Positions 36,738-46,153 of a DNA stretch of 64,000 nt are shown piece after piece. The translations under genes were made by a program, and so were the position numbers. This DNA is from Clostridiales bacterium (GTDB lineage: Bacteria; Bacillota; Clostridia; Christensenellales; UBA1242). The stretch covers positions 89,171 to 153,170 of the forward strand of contig DOEE01000003.1 of NCBI GenBank assembly GCA_003524095.1. Reading direction: 5' to 3'. The first letter of the stretch is position 1. Each line of letters starts with the position of its first letter. A model generated the notes under the pieces. The model did no database searches. It was not told the origin of the DNA and was given only the letters and a program-made list of their open reading frames with translations.

Positions 36738-38035
36738 TTCTTACTCCTTGAATTTTGACTCTTTGATATACTCAAAAAAGTCGAATTAATAGTTAATGCC
36801 AGTTCTAGTAAATCTTTGTATTCGTTTTTGACTTTCATCTCAATGACTTGATTAAATAATGTGCTTAGTATCTGTCCGACAAATTTCTTGTCTATACCCT
36901 TTTCTATCAATTGCTTGGCTGAAACCTTGAGTTCGTGTACACCAAGTGGTAGGTTTTTGGCACTAACTAGCATGGTATTGTTATTTAATCGTTCTTTTGC
37001 TTGTTTGCTTAAAAACAAGTAAATTACTTTTTTGTTTTCTTCAAGCAAACTCAAATAATTAATACTTGCATTTAGAGTATCTATGTCGTATTCAATGTTT
37101 TGATATATTTGATATAGTTTTTCGACAAGTCTAATTGTATCATTTGATTCCTTGATGCCATCTAGTCCTAGTAGCATATTTATAACAAATTTAAGTTGAT
37201 GAATTTTGAGATAATGCATTGAATAATTTTTGATTACTATCAAATAAAATGCTATTAGCCTTGTGTCACACGGTGTTTCATAAAATTTGAGAATATCTGA
37301 TTTGGGGATTTTCTTAATTGTGTGCATGCCGTGATTAAATATAAGTGGTAGTAATTTTAGTTTGTTTGTCATATCCCAGAATGTCGAATTAGGAATTCCA
37401 AACTTTGTGTCAGCGATTACAAGTTTTTTAATCTCAGAGAGTATTCTCTCTTTTGAAATTAACAGTAAGTTTTCTCTAAAGTGGAAAAGTCCTTTGAGTG
37501 TGTGTCTTTCCATTTTGAATCCAAGCATACTTGATATTCTAATTGTTCTTAGTATTCTTAGACCATCGTCTTTGAGTGTAATTTGTGGGGATTGACAAGT
37601 TCTTATAATATTGTTCTTTAAATCTTTTTCGCCATTTAGGGGGTCGACAATTTTTTTGTTAGCAATATCATAATAAATTGCATTTATGGTTAAGTCTCGA
37701 CGTTTTGCATCGGTTACAATGTCGTCAACAAAGGTGACACTCTTGGGAGTGTGTCCCGTGCCATAACTATCCACTCTAAATCTTGTGTACTCAAAAGTAT
37801 CACTTCCCTTAGAAATTTGCAAAGTCCCCAAGGTCTTGTTAATAACCTTGCAGACAAAGTTGTGCTTGTTACAAATTTCCAAAACCACTTCAATTGGTGC
37901 ATTGGACGAAATGTCTATATCTGTCGGATTAAAACCCAACAAACTATCACGAACAAAACCGCCAACGATATACAATTGGTAGTTTACTTTTTTGAAACTA
38001 TTACTAAGGCTTTCAAGATTTTTGGATATTTCCAT
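36734..38035 (-). CDS. cca: CCA-adding tRNA nucleotidyltransferase
   Basis: YIVGGFVRDSLLG..PTDIDI and RRDLTINA motifs of class II nucleotidyltransferases. Confidence 0.85.
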   Translation of the reverse strand: MEISKNLESLSNSFKKVNYQLYIVGGFVRDSLLGFNPTDIDISSNAPIEVVLEICNKHNFVCKVINKTLGTLQISKGSDTFEYTRFRVDSYGTGHTPKSVTFVDDIVTDAKRRDLTINAIYYDIANKKIVDPLNGEKDLKNNIIRTCQSPQITLKDDGLRILRTIRISSMLGFKMERHTLKGLFHFRENLLLISKERILSEIKKLVIADTKFGIPNSTFWDMTNKLKLLPLIFNHGMHTIKKIPKSDILKFYETPCDTRLIAFYLIVIKNYSMHYLKIHQLKFVINMLLGLDGIKESNDTIRLVEKLYQIYQNIEYDIDTLNASINYLSLLEENKKVIYLFLSKQAKERLNNNTMLVSAKNLPLGVHELKVSAKQLIEKGIDKKFVGQILSTLFNQVIEMKVKNEYKDLLELALTINSTFLSISKSQNSRSKK

Positions 38036-38233
38036 AAAAACATTATAGCATATCTTGTTTTTTTGACAAAACTAAAAAATATATTCTAATAGATTTTTAT
38101 TAAATAATTAATAAGTTTTTTGGTAATTATTTTAAAAATTATTGTTAAAACTGATTATAAATGTTATACTTTAGTTGTATATATAATTAATGTTGTAAAG
38201 AATTTAATTATTATTAAGGAAACAAAAATATTC

Positions 38234-39208
38234 ATGAAGAACAAAAAATTAACTTTGACATGTGGAATCATACTTGTAATTTGTGCATCACTTAGTATAG
38301 TGGGTGCATTTTCGGTTGTGACACAAACGGTGAATACTCTTTTGTGGACACCGATAGAAAGGGAAGGGTATAATACTTTTATTACATGGACAATTTTGGA
38401 AGCGGTTTATGCTTTGGTTATTAACATTGCTCAAGCAATCGTTTATATGATTTTTGGTGTTAAACTTATCAAAAATTCCAAGACTGAAAGTGACGCCACT
38501 CAAAACAAAACTAAAATTATAACACTTATTGTGCTTGTTGGTTGTAGTTTGATATTTGATTCAAATGCCGCTATGAAATTTATTTATGTTGCTTTGATTC
38601 CGCTTTTGTCTTGTGCTTTGGCTTATGAAACCAAAAACGTTCAAGTTTTGGAAGAAAAAGTTATATCACTTTATGGCACAAACAAAAATGGCAAAGACTT
38701 GGGTGGAGTGGATTTGGACGAATTTGGAAATGTGCGTCCGGGTTCCAAGGTTGCTGTAATGGAAGACGGCATGGTCGTTATTAAACAAGCAAGCGAACTT
38801 GGCAACGCAACTCAAAATAATTTGGCAGATGTAAAAGTTGGTAGCAATTCCCAAGAACAAGCAAAATTATCTATGCTTAATGAACTTAAAAATAACGGAA
38901 TAATATCAAGCGAAGAATATCAAAAATATTCAAATAGAATAAGTGGCGTTTCAAATGAAAATACTTCTTTGGAGACAAAAGCCGAACCTAGCCAAAATGA
39001 AACAAAAAACAATTTGGACGTAGCGACCAAAAAGACAGTTTCAAGAAAAAAGACAACAAAAGATAATGATACAAAAAACAAAAAAGAAACTACAAAAAAT
39101 GTGACCAAGAAAATACCAGTTAAGGATTTAACTGATTTGTCTGATTCAAACAAAAATAACAAAGCAAAAAAATCTCAAAATACAAATATTAACATGGATA
39201 AAGAGTGA
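38234..39208 (+). CDS. membrane protein with SHOCT-like domain and Lys/Thr-rich tail
   Basis: SD AAGGAAAC before ATG 38234 (the ORF track opens at 38120). About 4 TM helices. LSMLNELKNNGIISSEEYQKYSNRI matches the SHOCT pattern. Confidence 0.6.
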   Translation: MKNKKLTLTCGIILVICASLSIVGAFSVVTQTVNTLLWTPIEREGYNTFITWTILEAVYALVINIAQAIVYMIFGVKLIKNSKTESDATQNKTKIITLIVLVGCSLIFDSNAAMKFIYVALIPLLSCALAYETKNVQVLEEKVISLYGTNKNGKDLGGVDLDEFGNVRPGSKVAVMEDGMVVIKQASELGNATQNNLADVKVGSNSQEQAKLSMLNELKNNGIISSEEYQKYSNRISGVSNENTSLETKAEPSQNETKNNLDVATKKTVSRKKTTKDNDTKNKKETTKNVTKKIPVKDLTDLSDSNKNNKAKKSQNTNINMDKE

Positions 39209-39684
39209 AAAATATGAAAGCGAAAAAAACATTATTTACAACATCGGGAATACTCAAAATTGTTCTAGGCGCAGGGGTTGTGTTGATTTTTGGGTTGATT
39301 CTTGCTTTGAGCGGAATTCTCAAAGCATCGTTTTTGGAAAATTACTCACTAATTGAACAATTGGTTAATGAATTAGTTATACAAGACCCATCTTATGCGT
39401 ATCTTCAAACCCTAGACAAAGTTGAAGTGATTAACTATGTCATGAAACCCGTTATGATCTTGTCGGGTGTACTACTAGTGATTGGAATTTCAACAATTGT
39501 ATTTGGAATTTTTAATATTATTTTTAACAAGACTTATGATGAGATGTTGAGATACAAAAAAACCAACAAATTTTTGTTTGTAATTTTTGAATTTTTGTTC
39601 TCATTGGGACTTGTAACTAGTATTCTATCTACTATTGGAGTATTTCTAAGGGAAAAAGATGAAAAGGAGCCAAAAAATGATTAA
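39205..39684 (+). CDS. hypothetical 4-TM membrane protein
   Basis: GTG overlaps the upstream stop (GTGA). ATG 39214 is an alternative start. Confidence 0.55.
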   Translation: MKNMKAKKTLFTTSGILKIVLGAGVVLIFGLILALSGILKASFLENYSLIEQLVNELVIQDPSYAYLQTLDKVEVINYVMKPVMILSGVLLVIGISTIVFGIFNIIFNKTYDEMLRYKKTNKFLFVIFEFLFSLGLVTSILSTIGVFLREKDEKEPKND

Positions 39685-40045
39685 GGGTGCAAATGGCAAA
39701 AGATTTAATTACTTTATGAGCGCATTTTTAAGATTATTTTGTTTTGTGGCACTACTGATTGCATATATTGTTGTCAAAATTTGTGTTAAACCTAGTATTG
39801 AATGGCTTAATTTACTTTTGATACTTTTGAGTATTGGCGGGTTGCTATCGGGATTGTTTAACTTAATGCTTTGTGGATTTACTGCCACTGCTTACAAAAC
39901 AAACTTAACTATTCAAATTGTCTGTCTAATATTTACCATTCTCACTGGTGGATTTTTTGCAACAACATTTACTTCGGTTGCACTTGCTACAAAAATTCCA
40001 GATGAAGAAGTTGAAAACGAAAAAATTTTTAAAATAAAAAAATAA
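39677..40045 (+). CDS. hypothetical membrane protein
   Basis: SD AAGGAG 8 nt before ATG 39677. 3-4 TM helices. Confidence 0.55.
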   Translation: MIKGANGKRFNYFMSAFLRLFCFVALLIAYIVVKICVKPSIEWLNLLLILLSIGGLLSGLFNLMLCGFTATAYKTNLTIQIVCLIFTILTGGFFATTFTSVALATKIPDEEVENEKIFKIKK

Positions 40046-40066
40046 CTGATTAAAAGGACTAAAAAA

Positions 40067-40612
40067 ATGTCAAAAAAACGAAATCGCAATATCTTGCTTA
40101 CTATAACCTTTGTGCTAACTATAATTCAAATACTAATGTTTGTTTTTTCGGGATTTGTAGTTGCATACAACTTATTTGGATTTGTAGATTATTATAATCA
40201 AATTATGAGTTCTATACTAGGAACTTATGATTTGAATATGTATCTAACTTCATATTATATCGAACTTGTGCTTTCTGCAATTGTTTGTATATACTCTGCA
40301 ATATTTTATTTTAAGGGAATTAAATATAGAGTAAAAAACAAAGAGTATGGCAAAATGGTTTTGATTTATGCGATTATTCAATTCTTATTCTCAGCGTATA
40401 TTCCAGCAATATTTGGAATTATTACTGGTGCTTTGATGATAAACAAAAAACCAGCAACAATTCTAAATAAATCACAAGAGCAATCATTTCTTTCGGATTA
40501 CAAATTAACTGCCATGAGTGAAGCGGTTGCTAGACTCAAACAATTGCGTGAAAGCGGGGCAATTTCCGAAGAAGAATATTATGCTAACCTTAACAAAATT
40601 TTGGAAGGATAA
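40067..40612 (+). CDS. membrane protein with C-terminal SHOCT domain
   Basis: SD AAAGGA. 4 TM helices. The C-terminus reads AVARLKQLRESGAISEEEYYANLNKIL. Confidence 0.6.
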   Translation: MSKKRNRNILLTITFVLTIIQILMFVFSGFVVAYNLFGFVDYYNQIMSSILGTYDLNMYLTSYYIELVLSAIVCIYSAIFYFKGIKYRVKNKEYGKMVLIYAIIQFLFSAYIPAIFGIITGALMINKKPATILNKSQEQSFLSDYKLTAMSEAVARLKQLRESGAISEEEYYANLNKILEG

Positions 40613-40627
40613 AATATCGGGGGATTA

Positions 40628-41641
40628 ATGGAAAAATGTAAAAAATGTGGGGCGAATTTAAGATTTGACCCAAATAATGGTAACTTGATTTGTGACAAAT
40701 GCGGAAATCTAGTTTCAATCAAAAAAGAAAAAAATTATACTCTGCATGATTTCGATATGAATTCTATTACAAAAGAAGAAAGTATCAACCCCAAAAATTT
40801 TGGATTTCATTGTCCAAATTGTGGAGCATCGTTTAGCGGAAATACTTATGCTATTTCGGATATATGTGAATATTGTGGCGGACACTTGGTGGCGGATTTG
40901 GGTCAAAATGTAGAACCTGACGGGTGTATTCCTTTTGCTTTTGATATTGCACAAGCAAAACAAAGGTTCAAAAAGGGACTTAGCAACAAATGGTTCTTGC
41001 CAAATAAGTTCAAAAAAGAACCCCCAGAAAACAGTATTGAAAGCGTCTATATTCCAGCATATCTTTGTAATACTAGCACCGTAAGTAGTTATTCGGGAAG
41101 AATTTATAATACAGATACGGATAAGGATGGCAAAACACAATATCACTACAAAAACATTTCAGGAACAGAAGCGGTCAATACAGATAACATGATGGTTGAA
41201 TGTAGTAGTAAGTTGACGCAAGCAACTCTTGACCAAATTAAACCTTATGTTCCAGAAGGAATATTTAAATACAAAAAAGATTTTTTGTTAGGTTACACTG
41301 TGGAATATTTTGACAAGAATCTAGAAAATTGCAAGGCATTATTCAAAGAAATTACTTATCAAAATATAAGAAGAAATATTTTGTGGCACTATAATTATGA
41401 CGGGGTGGATTATTTGAATATCAACACTCAATATGTCAAAAGCACTTATGCAAAGGTGATTTTGCCAGCATATTGTGTTAACTATACATACAAAAACAAA
41501 AAATATTCAACATTTATGAATGGACAAACTGGAAAAGTCGGCGGAAATGTTCCTAGGTCGGGAGCAAAAATTGCAACTTTCGTAACGGGAATACTTGTGG
41601 CAATTGGTATAATTGCTTATCTAATTTGCAAATTTGTTTAA
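40628..41641 (+). CDS. double zinc-ribbon protein with C-terminal membrane anchor
   Basis: CKKCG..(17)..CDKCG and CPNCG..(15)..CEYCGG. A conserved-looking YKNKKYSTFMNGQTGKVGGNVP block. Terminal TM helix. Confidence 0.6.
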   Translation: MEKCKKCGANLRFDPNNGNLICDKCGNLVSIKKEKNYTLHDFDMNSITKEESINPKNFGFHCPNCGASFSGNTYAISDICEYCGGHLVADLGQNVEPDGCIPFAFDIAQAKQRFKKGLSNKWFLPNKFKKEPPENSIESVYIPAYLCNTSTVSSYSGRIYNTDTDKDGKTQYHYKNISGTEAVNTDNMMVECSSKLTQATLDQIKPYVPEGIFKYKKDFLLGYTVEYFDKNLENCKALFKEITYQNIRRNILWHYNYDGVDYLNINTQYVKSTYAKVILPAYCVNYTYKNKKYSTFMNGQTGKVGGNVPRSGAKIATFVTGILVAIGIIAYLICKFV

Positions 41642-41652
41642 AAGGAAAAAGT

Positions 41653-42987
41653 ATGGATAATATTATTAAAAACATAAAGAAGTACAATATGTTAAGAGTG
41701 GGCGATAGAGTTGCTGTTGCTTGTTCGGGTGGAAAGGATAGTATGTGTTTACTTAACTTTTTGTGGACACACAAAGATGAACTTGGAATAACGGTGTGTG
41801 CTGTTAATGTTGACCATGATATTAGAGAAAATAGTGCTAATGATAGCAAGTTTGTCATAAACTATTGCGAAAAAAATAATATCAAAATTTATTCGTTTAA
41901 GGTTAATGCCAAAAAGTTTTCTGAAGACAAAAAACTAACACTTGAACAAGGTGCAAGAGAATGCAGATACAGAGTGTTCAAAAGTCTTATTCAAAAAAAC
42001 TTAGTTGACAAAATCGCACTTGCACATCATATGCAAGACCAAGCCGAAACAATACTTTTGAATATATTTAGGGGAACTGGCACTCATGGTGCTAGCGGAA
42101 TGGATTATGTGCGAGATGACATTTATCTAAGACCAATGCTAGATACTTCAAAATCTGCTATTAGTGCTTATATTGAGAGCAACGACATTCCTTATGTCGA
42201 AGACGAAACAAATGAAAATAATGAATATAATAGAAACTATATTCGCAATCAAATAATGCCACTTATTAGAAATCGTTGGCAAAATGCGGATAGCGCAATT
42301 GTTAGTTTTGGAAATAATTGTAGGGAAGACGATAATTATATCGAAAGTACAATTAGCGATGATGCAATTATAACCGAAGACGGAATTGCAAGAATTTATA
42401 TCAACTACTTTATCAATCCAACACCTTATACATTTAGATTAATTTTGAGAGCCTTAAAGTCTATTAATTTGAATACTAATATCGAAAAAAAGCATTTAAA
42501 GATGATATGTAACATGGCGCTTGAAAGCGAAAATGGAACAAAGATTAGTCTGCCAAATGGTCTAACTGTTATCAAAGAATACAACTTTGTAACATTTACA
42601 AATCGAAATATCAAGCCTTCTAGCAAAGTATATCCATTTACAAAAGGAAAACTTGATGTTTCTAACTTTGGACTTATTGAAACAAGTACTATCAAAAAAT
42701 TCAAAGTCGGCGAATATACACATCTAATAGATGCAACAAAACTTCCAAAAGATGCAATTTGGAGATTTAGAAAGGAAGGAGATGTCTTTGAAAAATTCGG
42801 TGGCGGAACAAATTCTCTAAGCGACTATCTAATAGACAAAAAGATTCCTTTGAGACTAAGAAATTTAACTCCAGTTTTGGCTAGTGGAAATGAAGTTTTG
42901 ATTATTGCGGGTGTTGAAATTTCCGACAAAGTCAAAGTGGATAAGTCCACCAAAACTGCATATGGAATAAACGTTGTAAGATTTTAA
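41653..42987 (+). CDS. tilS: tRNA(Ile)-lysidine synthetase
   Basis: PP-loop VACSGGKDS and HHMQDQAET. C-terminal substrate domain WRFRKEGDVF...DKKIP. SD AAAGGAAAAAG before ATG 41653. Confidence 0.88.
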   Translation: MDNIIKNIKKYNMLRVGDRVAVACSGGKDSMCLLNFLWTHKDELGITVCAVNVDHDIRENSANDSKFVINYCEKNNIKIYSFKVNAKKFSEDKKLTLEQGARECRYRVFKSLIQKNLVDKIALAHHMQDQAETILLNIFRGTGTHGASGMDYVRDDIYLRPMLDTSKSAISAYIESNDIPYVEDETNENNEYNRNYIRNQIMPLIRNRWQNADSAIVSFGNNCREDDNYIESTISDDAIITEDGIARIYINYFINPTPYTFRLILRALKSINLNTNIEKKHLKMICNMALESENGTKISLPNGLTVIKEYNFVTFTNRNIKPSSKVYPFTKGKLDVSNFGLIETSTIKKFKVGEYTHLIDATKLPKDAIWRFRKEGDVFEKFGGGTNSLSDYLIDKKIPLRLRNLTPVLASGNEVLIIAGVEISDKVKVDKSTKTAYGINVVRF

Positions 42988-43021
42988 AAAAGTGAGAAAA
43001 GGCAAAAACTTTTAAAAGTAT

Positions 43022-43057
43022 AAAAAAGATAAATCAAAATTTGGTTTATCTTTTTTT
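43022..43057 (+). terminator. rho-independent terminator
   Basis: Stem AAGATAAA/TTTATCTT followed by T7. Confidence 0.7.
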
Positions 43058-43117
43058 ATTTTGATATTGTAATGTGGGCTGAGTTGTGTTATCATTATAT
43101 CAGTCAAGGAGAAAGTT

Positions 43118-43642
43118 ATGAAAACATATTATACACTAAAAGATATTCAAACTTTGTTATTACAAAAATATCCAAATTTAAAGTGGAATTACGAAATATA
43201 TGAAAGCAGAACGGGTGAAAAAATACAAGCATCTATTGAAAATTTTACAGAAAATTTGAAAGACACATTAAAATTGGCTTGTACATACAAGGATAATGAA
43301 TATCCTTTGGATGTTTCAGTTTCGGATTTTTCATTTTTGGTTTTTGAAGATGAGTCAAATATTATGGATAGTGGTTCAACTACAAAATTAAGAAATAATT
43401 TTACAAATGATTGGACATCTCTACTTCTTGAAGAGTATGGCTGTGATTATGCAAAAAATCTTGTTAATTTTTGTGAAAAACGTAAAGAGAAAATCAACAA
43501 TAATGCAATGCAAGAAATAACTACATATGTAGAAAAAATTAAAGCAAGGGCAGAACTAGAATCTCTCCCTTATGAAAAACTTATTCAAAAAGCAAAGAAT
43601 GTTTTTCAGTCTTCGGATTTTATGGAAGAAAAACAATCTTAA
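43118..43642 (+). CDS. hypothetical cytosolic protein
   Basis: SD AAGGAGAAAG. No recognisable motif and no TM helix. Confidence 0.5.
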   Translation: MKTYYTLKDIQTLLLQKYPNLKWNYEIYESRTGEKIQASIENFTENLKDTLKLACTYKDNEYPLDVSVSDFSFLVFEDESNIMDSGSTTKLRNNFTNDWTSLLLEEYGCDYAKNLVNFCEKRKEKINNNAMQEITTYVEKIKARAELESLPYEKLIQKAKNVFQSSDFMEEKQS

Positions 43643-43755
43643 ATTTTATATTTGAAAGTGTTACTAAGGCTATGCTATGAATAAAATTTGGGTATTGACT
43701 TTTTGGGGAACATATATTAAAATGTAAATATATTAAAACTTTAGGGGTGCACGAT

Positions 43756-44139
43756 ATGGGAGAAAAAATTGAAAATAATATAGACCATGAAATTTATCAA
43801 AAATCACGTAGGCTTTTGAATAGTTTTGATAAGGATTATTTGGATAGAATTAGAACGGGGAATACTATTACTTATGGCGAATCTCAACAAGCAAAATATT
43901 ATCGTGAACTTGTTGAAAAATATTCTTCTATCCCACATGATGCCAGAAAATTATACTGTCAAGCATTAATGCTTTCTAGTGAACTTAAAAATCCAAAGGA
44001 CTCTACAAAAAGACAGCATAGAGAATGGACTATTGCTCCGCATGTTATTGCAAATTGCGATTGTATTGTTGGTTACACTATGCACAGAGAAAATGAGATT
44101 CCAATGCAAATAATTAAACACGATGATTTTGAGAAATAA
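43756..44139 (+). CDS. hypothetical cytosolic protein
   Basis: AGGGG SD 8 nt before ATG 43756 (the ORF track starts at GTG 43747). No recognisable motif. Confidence 0.5.
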   Translation: MGEKIENNIDHEIYQKSRRLLNSFDKDYLDRIRTGNTITYGESQQAKYYRELVEKYSSIPHDARKLYCQALMLSSELKNPKDSTKRQHREWTIAPHVIANCDCIVGYTMHRENEIPMQIIKHDDFEK

Positions 44140-44160
44140 ATAATTTAAATTTAGCAAATT

Positions 44161-44192
44161 AAAAAAAATGACCTAATTTAGGTCATTTTTTG
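44161..44192. terminator. bidirectional terminator
   Basis: A8-ATGACCTAA/TTAGGTCAT-T6 between convergent genes. Confidence 0.8.
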
Positions 44193-44255
44193 TATGTCAA
44201 CTAAACAAAAAGTTTTCAAAAGTGTTTTTTATATTGGACATTTGGGACTTAAAAT

Positions 44256-45629
44256 TTAGTTAAACTCAATTCTACTAGCAATATAACTTTCTAGTTCGTC
44301 GATATTTAATCTAATTTGTTCCATGGTGTCTCTATCTCTAATTGTAACTGTATTGTCTTCCAAAGTATCAAAGTCAATAGTTACTGAGAAAGGAACACCA
44401 ATCTCATCTTGTCTACGATAACGTTTGCCAATAGAACCCGATTCGTCATAGATACACATGAATTTTTTGGAAAGGTTATTGTATATTTCACAGGCTTTTT
44501 CGCTTAGATTTTTTTGAAGTGGCAAAACTGCTACTTTGTAAGGTGCAAGAGCAGGGTGAAGTTTGAGAACAACTCTTGTGTCTCCACCTTCCAAGGTTTC
44601 TTCGTTGTATGCTTCGGTCAAAACAGCGAGCATTAGTCTATCTGCACCAATTGAATATTCAATAACATTTGGAATGTATTTTTCGTTGGTGATAGGGTCA
44701 AGATAAAGCATGGATTTTCCGCTAAATTCTTGGTGTCTAGTCAAGTCATGCGTTGACCTATGATGTACACCATTAAGTTCACTCCAGCCCATAGGGAATA
44801 GATAGAAAATATCACAAGCGGCTTTAGCATAAAATGCTAATTTTTCGTGGTCGTGGAATTTAAGATGTTCGGGTGCAAAGCCCAAATCTGTCAAAAATTT
44901 CATCGCTCTTTGTTTGTAGTCTTCATAAAATTCAAAACTATCTGATTCTTTGCAAAATCTTTGTAATTCCATTTGTTCAAATTCAATAGTTCTAAATATA
45001 AAATTTCCCGGTGTTACTTCGTTTCGGAAAGATTTTCCAATTTGTGCAATTGCAAAAGGCACTTTGGCTCTCATGCTACGTTGAATATTAAGAAAGTTTA
45101 CATATTCGCCTTGGCAGGTTTCTGGTCTTAGATAAACGACGTCTTTTTCGCCTTCCAAAGTTCCACGACTTGTCTCAAACATAAGTTTAAATTGTCTAAT
45201 TGGTGTCCAATCAAAATTGCCACAATGTGGGCATTTAACTTTGTTTGTGTTTATGTATTCTTCCATTTGTTCGTTTGTCATTGCTTCGGCTGAAACTGTG
45301 CCTTTGGAGTGTTCTTCAATAAGATTATCTGCTCTAAATCTTTGCTTACAAGCCTTACAATCCATTTTTGGGTCACTAAAGTTTTGAGTGTGACCAGATG
45401 CTTCCCAAACTCTAGGATTCATAAGAATTGCTGCATCAACACCATAAGTTGATTTGTCTTCTTGAACAAATCTCTTCCACCAAGCACGTTTTAGATTGTT
45501 TTTGATTTCAACACCAACTGGACCATAGTCCCAAGTGTTTCCCATTCCGCCATAAATCTCACTTCCTTGAAAAATTATACCCCTGTTTTTGCAAAGGTTT
45601 ACAATTTTGTCCATTGTTACTTTTGTCAT
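44256..45629 (-). CDS. glyQS: glycine--tRNA ligase (alpha2 homodimeric type)
   Basis: N-terminal IVNLCKNRGIIFQGSEIYGG, then LRPETCQG and FRNE class II motifs. 457 aa. Confidence 0.92.
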   Translation of the reverse strand: MTKVTMDKIVNLCKNRGIIFQGSEIYGGMGNTWDYGPVGVEIKNNLKRAWWKRFVQEDKSTYGVDAAILMNPRVWEASGHTQNFSDPKMDCKACKQRFRADNLIEEHSKGTVSAEAMTNEQMEEYINTNKVKCPHCGNFDWTPIRQFKLMFETSRGTLEGEKDVVYLRPETCQGEYVNFLNIQRSMRAKVPFAIAQIGKSFRNEVTPGNFIFRTIEFEQMELQRFCKESDSFEFYEDYKQRAMKFLTDLGFAPEHLKFHDHEKLAFYAKAACDIFYLFPMGWSELNGVHHRSTHDLTRHQEFSGKSMLYLDPITNEKYIPNVIEYSIGADRLMLAVLTEAYNEETLEGGDTRVVLKLHPALAPYKVAVLPLQKNLSEKACEIYNNLSKKFMCIYDESGSIGKRYRRQDEIGVPFSVTIDFDTLEDNTVTIRDRDTMEQIRLNIDELESYIASRIEFN

Positions 45630-45660
45630 AATGTTCTCCTTAAAATTATTTTTATTTTAC

Positions 45661-45888
45661 AAAAAAATCCCTAAAACCAAAATACAACTTCATAAATATA
45701 TTTACGAAAAAAAGTTTGGTTTTTAGGGACGATATTTGACCGCGGTTCCACCCTAATTGATTAAAAATCCATCTTACTAGTTTTTGACAAGAACTTTTTT
45801 TGAAACTTGGATATTCATTTTAAATATCTTTCCTTGCAAGTCGCCACTTTGCTCAAATCGGAATTTTAGTTTTGGGATATGTAAAACT
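45661..45888 (-). promoter_or_regulatory. T-box riboswitch leader (glycine type) with terminator/antiterminator
   Basis: The minus strand carries the T-box sequence AATTAGGGTGGAACCGCGG (45740-45758). The terminator is CCCTAAAAACCAAA...TTTGGTTTTAGGG plus T7 (45661-45729), directly upstream of glyQS. Confidence 0.88.
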
Positions 45889-45894
45889 AGCCAA

Positions 45895-45923
45895 AGTATA
45901 ACACCAAACAACTTTTTTTGCAA
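45895..45923 (-). promoter_or_regulatory. promoter TTGCAA-17-TATACT of the glyQS leader
   Basis: Hexamers and the 17-nt spacer were counted on the minus strand. Confidence 0.6.
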
Positions 45924-46153
45924 GGCTTTTTGAAAGTTTAACAAAAAATTATTTGGCTATTTTACAAAAGTCATTATTTTATTTGAAATTTAAAACTAAT
46001 TATGTTAATATATTGTAATGTAGAAGGGATACTTTCTTTGAACATTAAACTTCAAGAACCGCCACCATTTTTTTGATTTCTCAAAATTTGTGTGGCAGTT
46101 ATAATTTGAAATTAGGTTTTTTAAAAAAACTATTAAATATAAAAGGAAAATCA

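Noticed and set aside
46073-46153. Upstream extensions of ORF-track calls here and at 38120, 41626, 49890, 57867 and 61508.
   Set aside because: In each case an internal ATG has a proper SD and matches the conserved N-terminus of the family. The extension overlaps a neighbouring gene or a promoter or leader sequence.
45960-46153. A possible metal riboswitch (M-box or yybP-ykoY) upstream of the P-type ATPase.
   Set aside because: None of the conserved core sequences of those riboswitches could be found. Only a weak hairpin (AACCGCCAC...GTGGCAGTT) is present.
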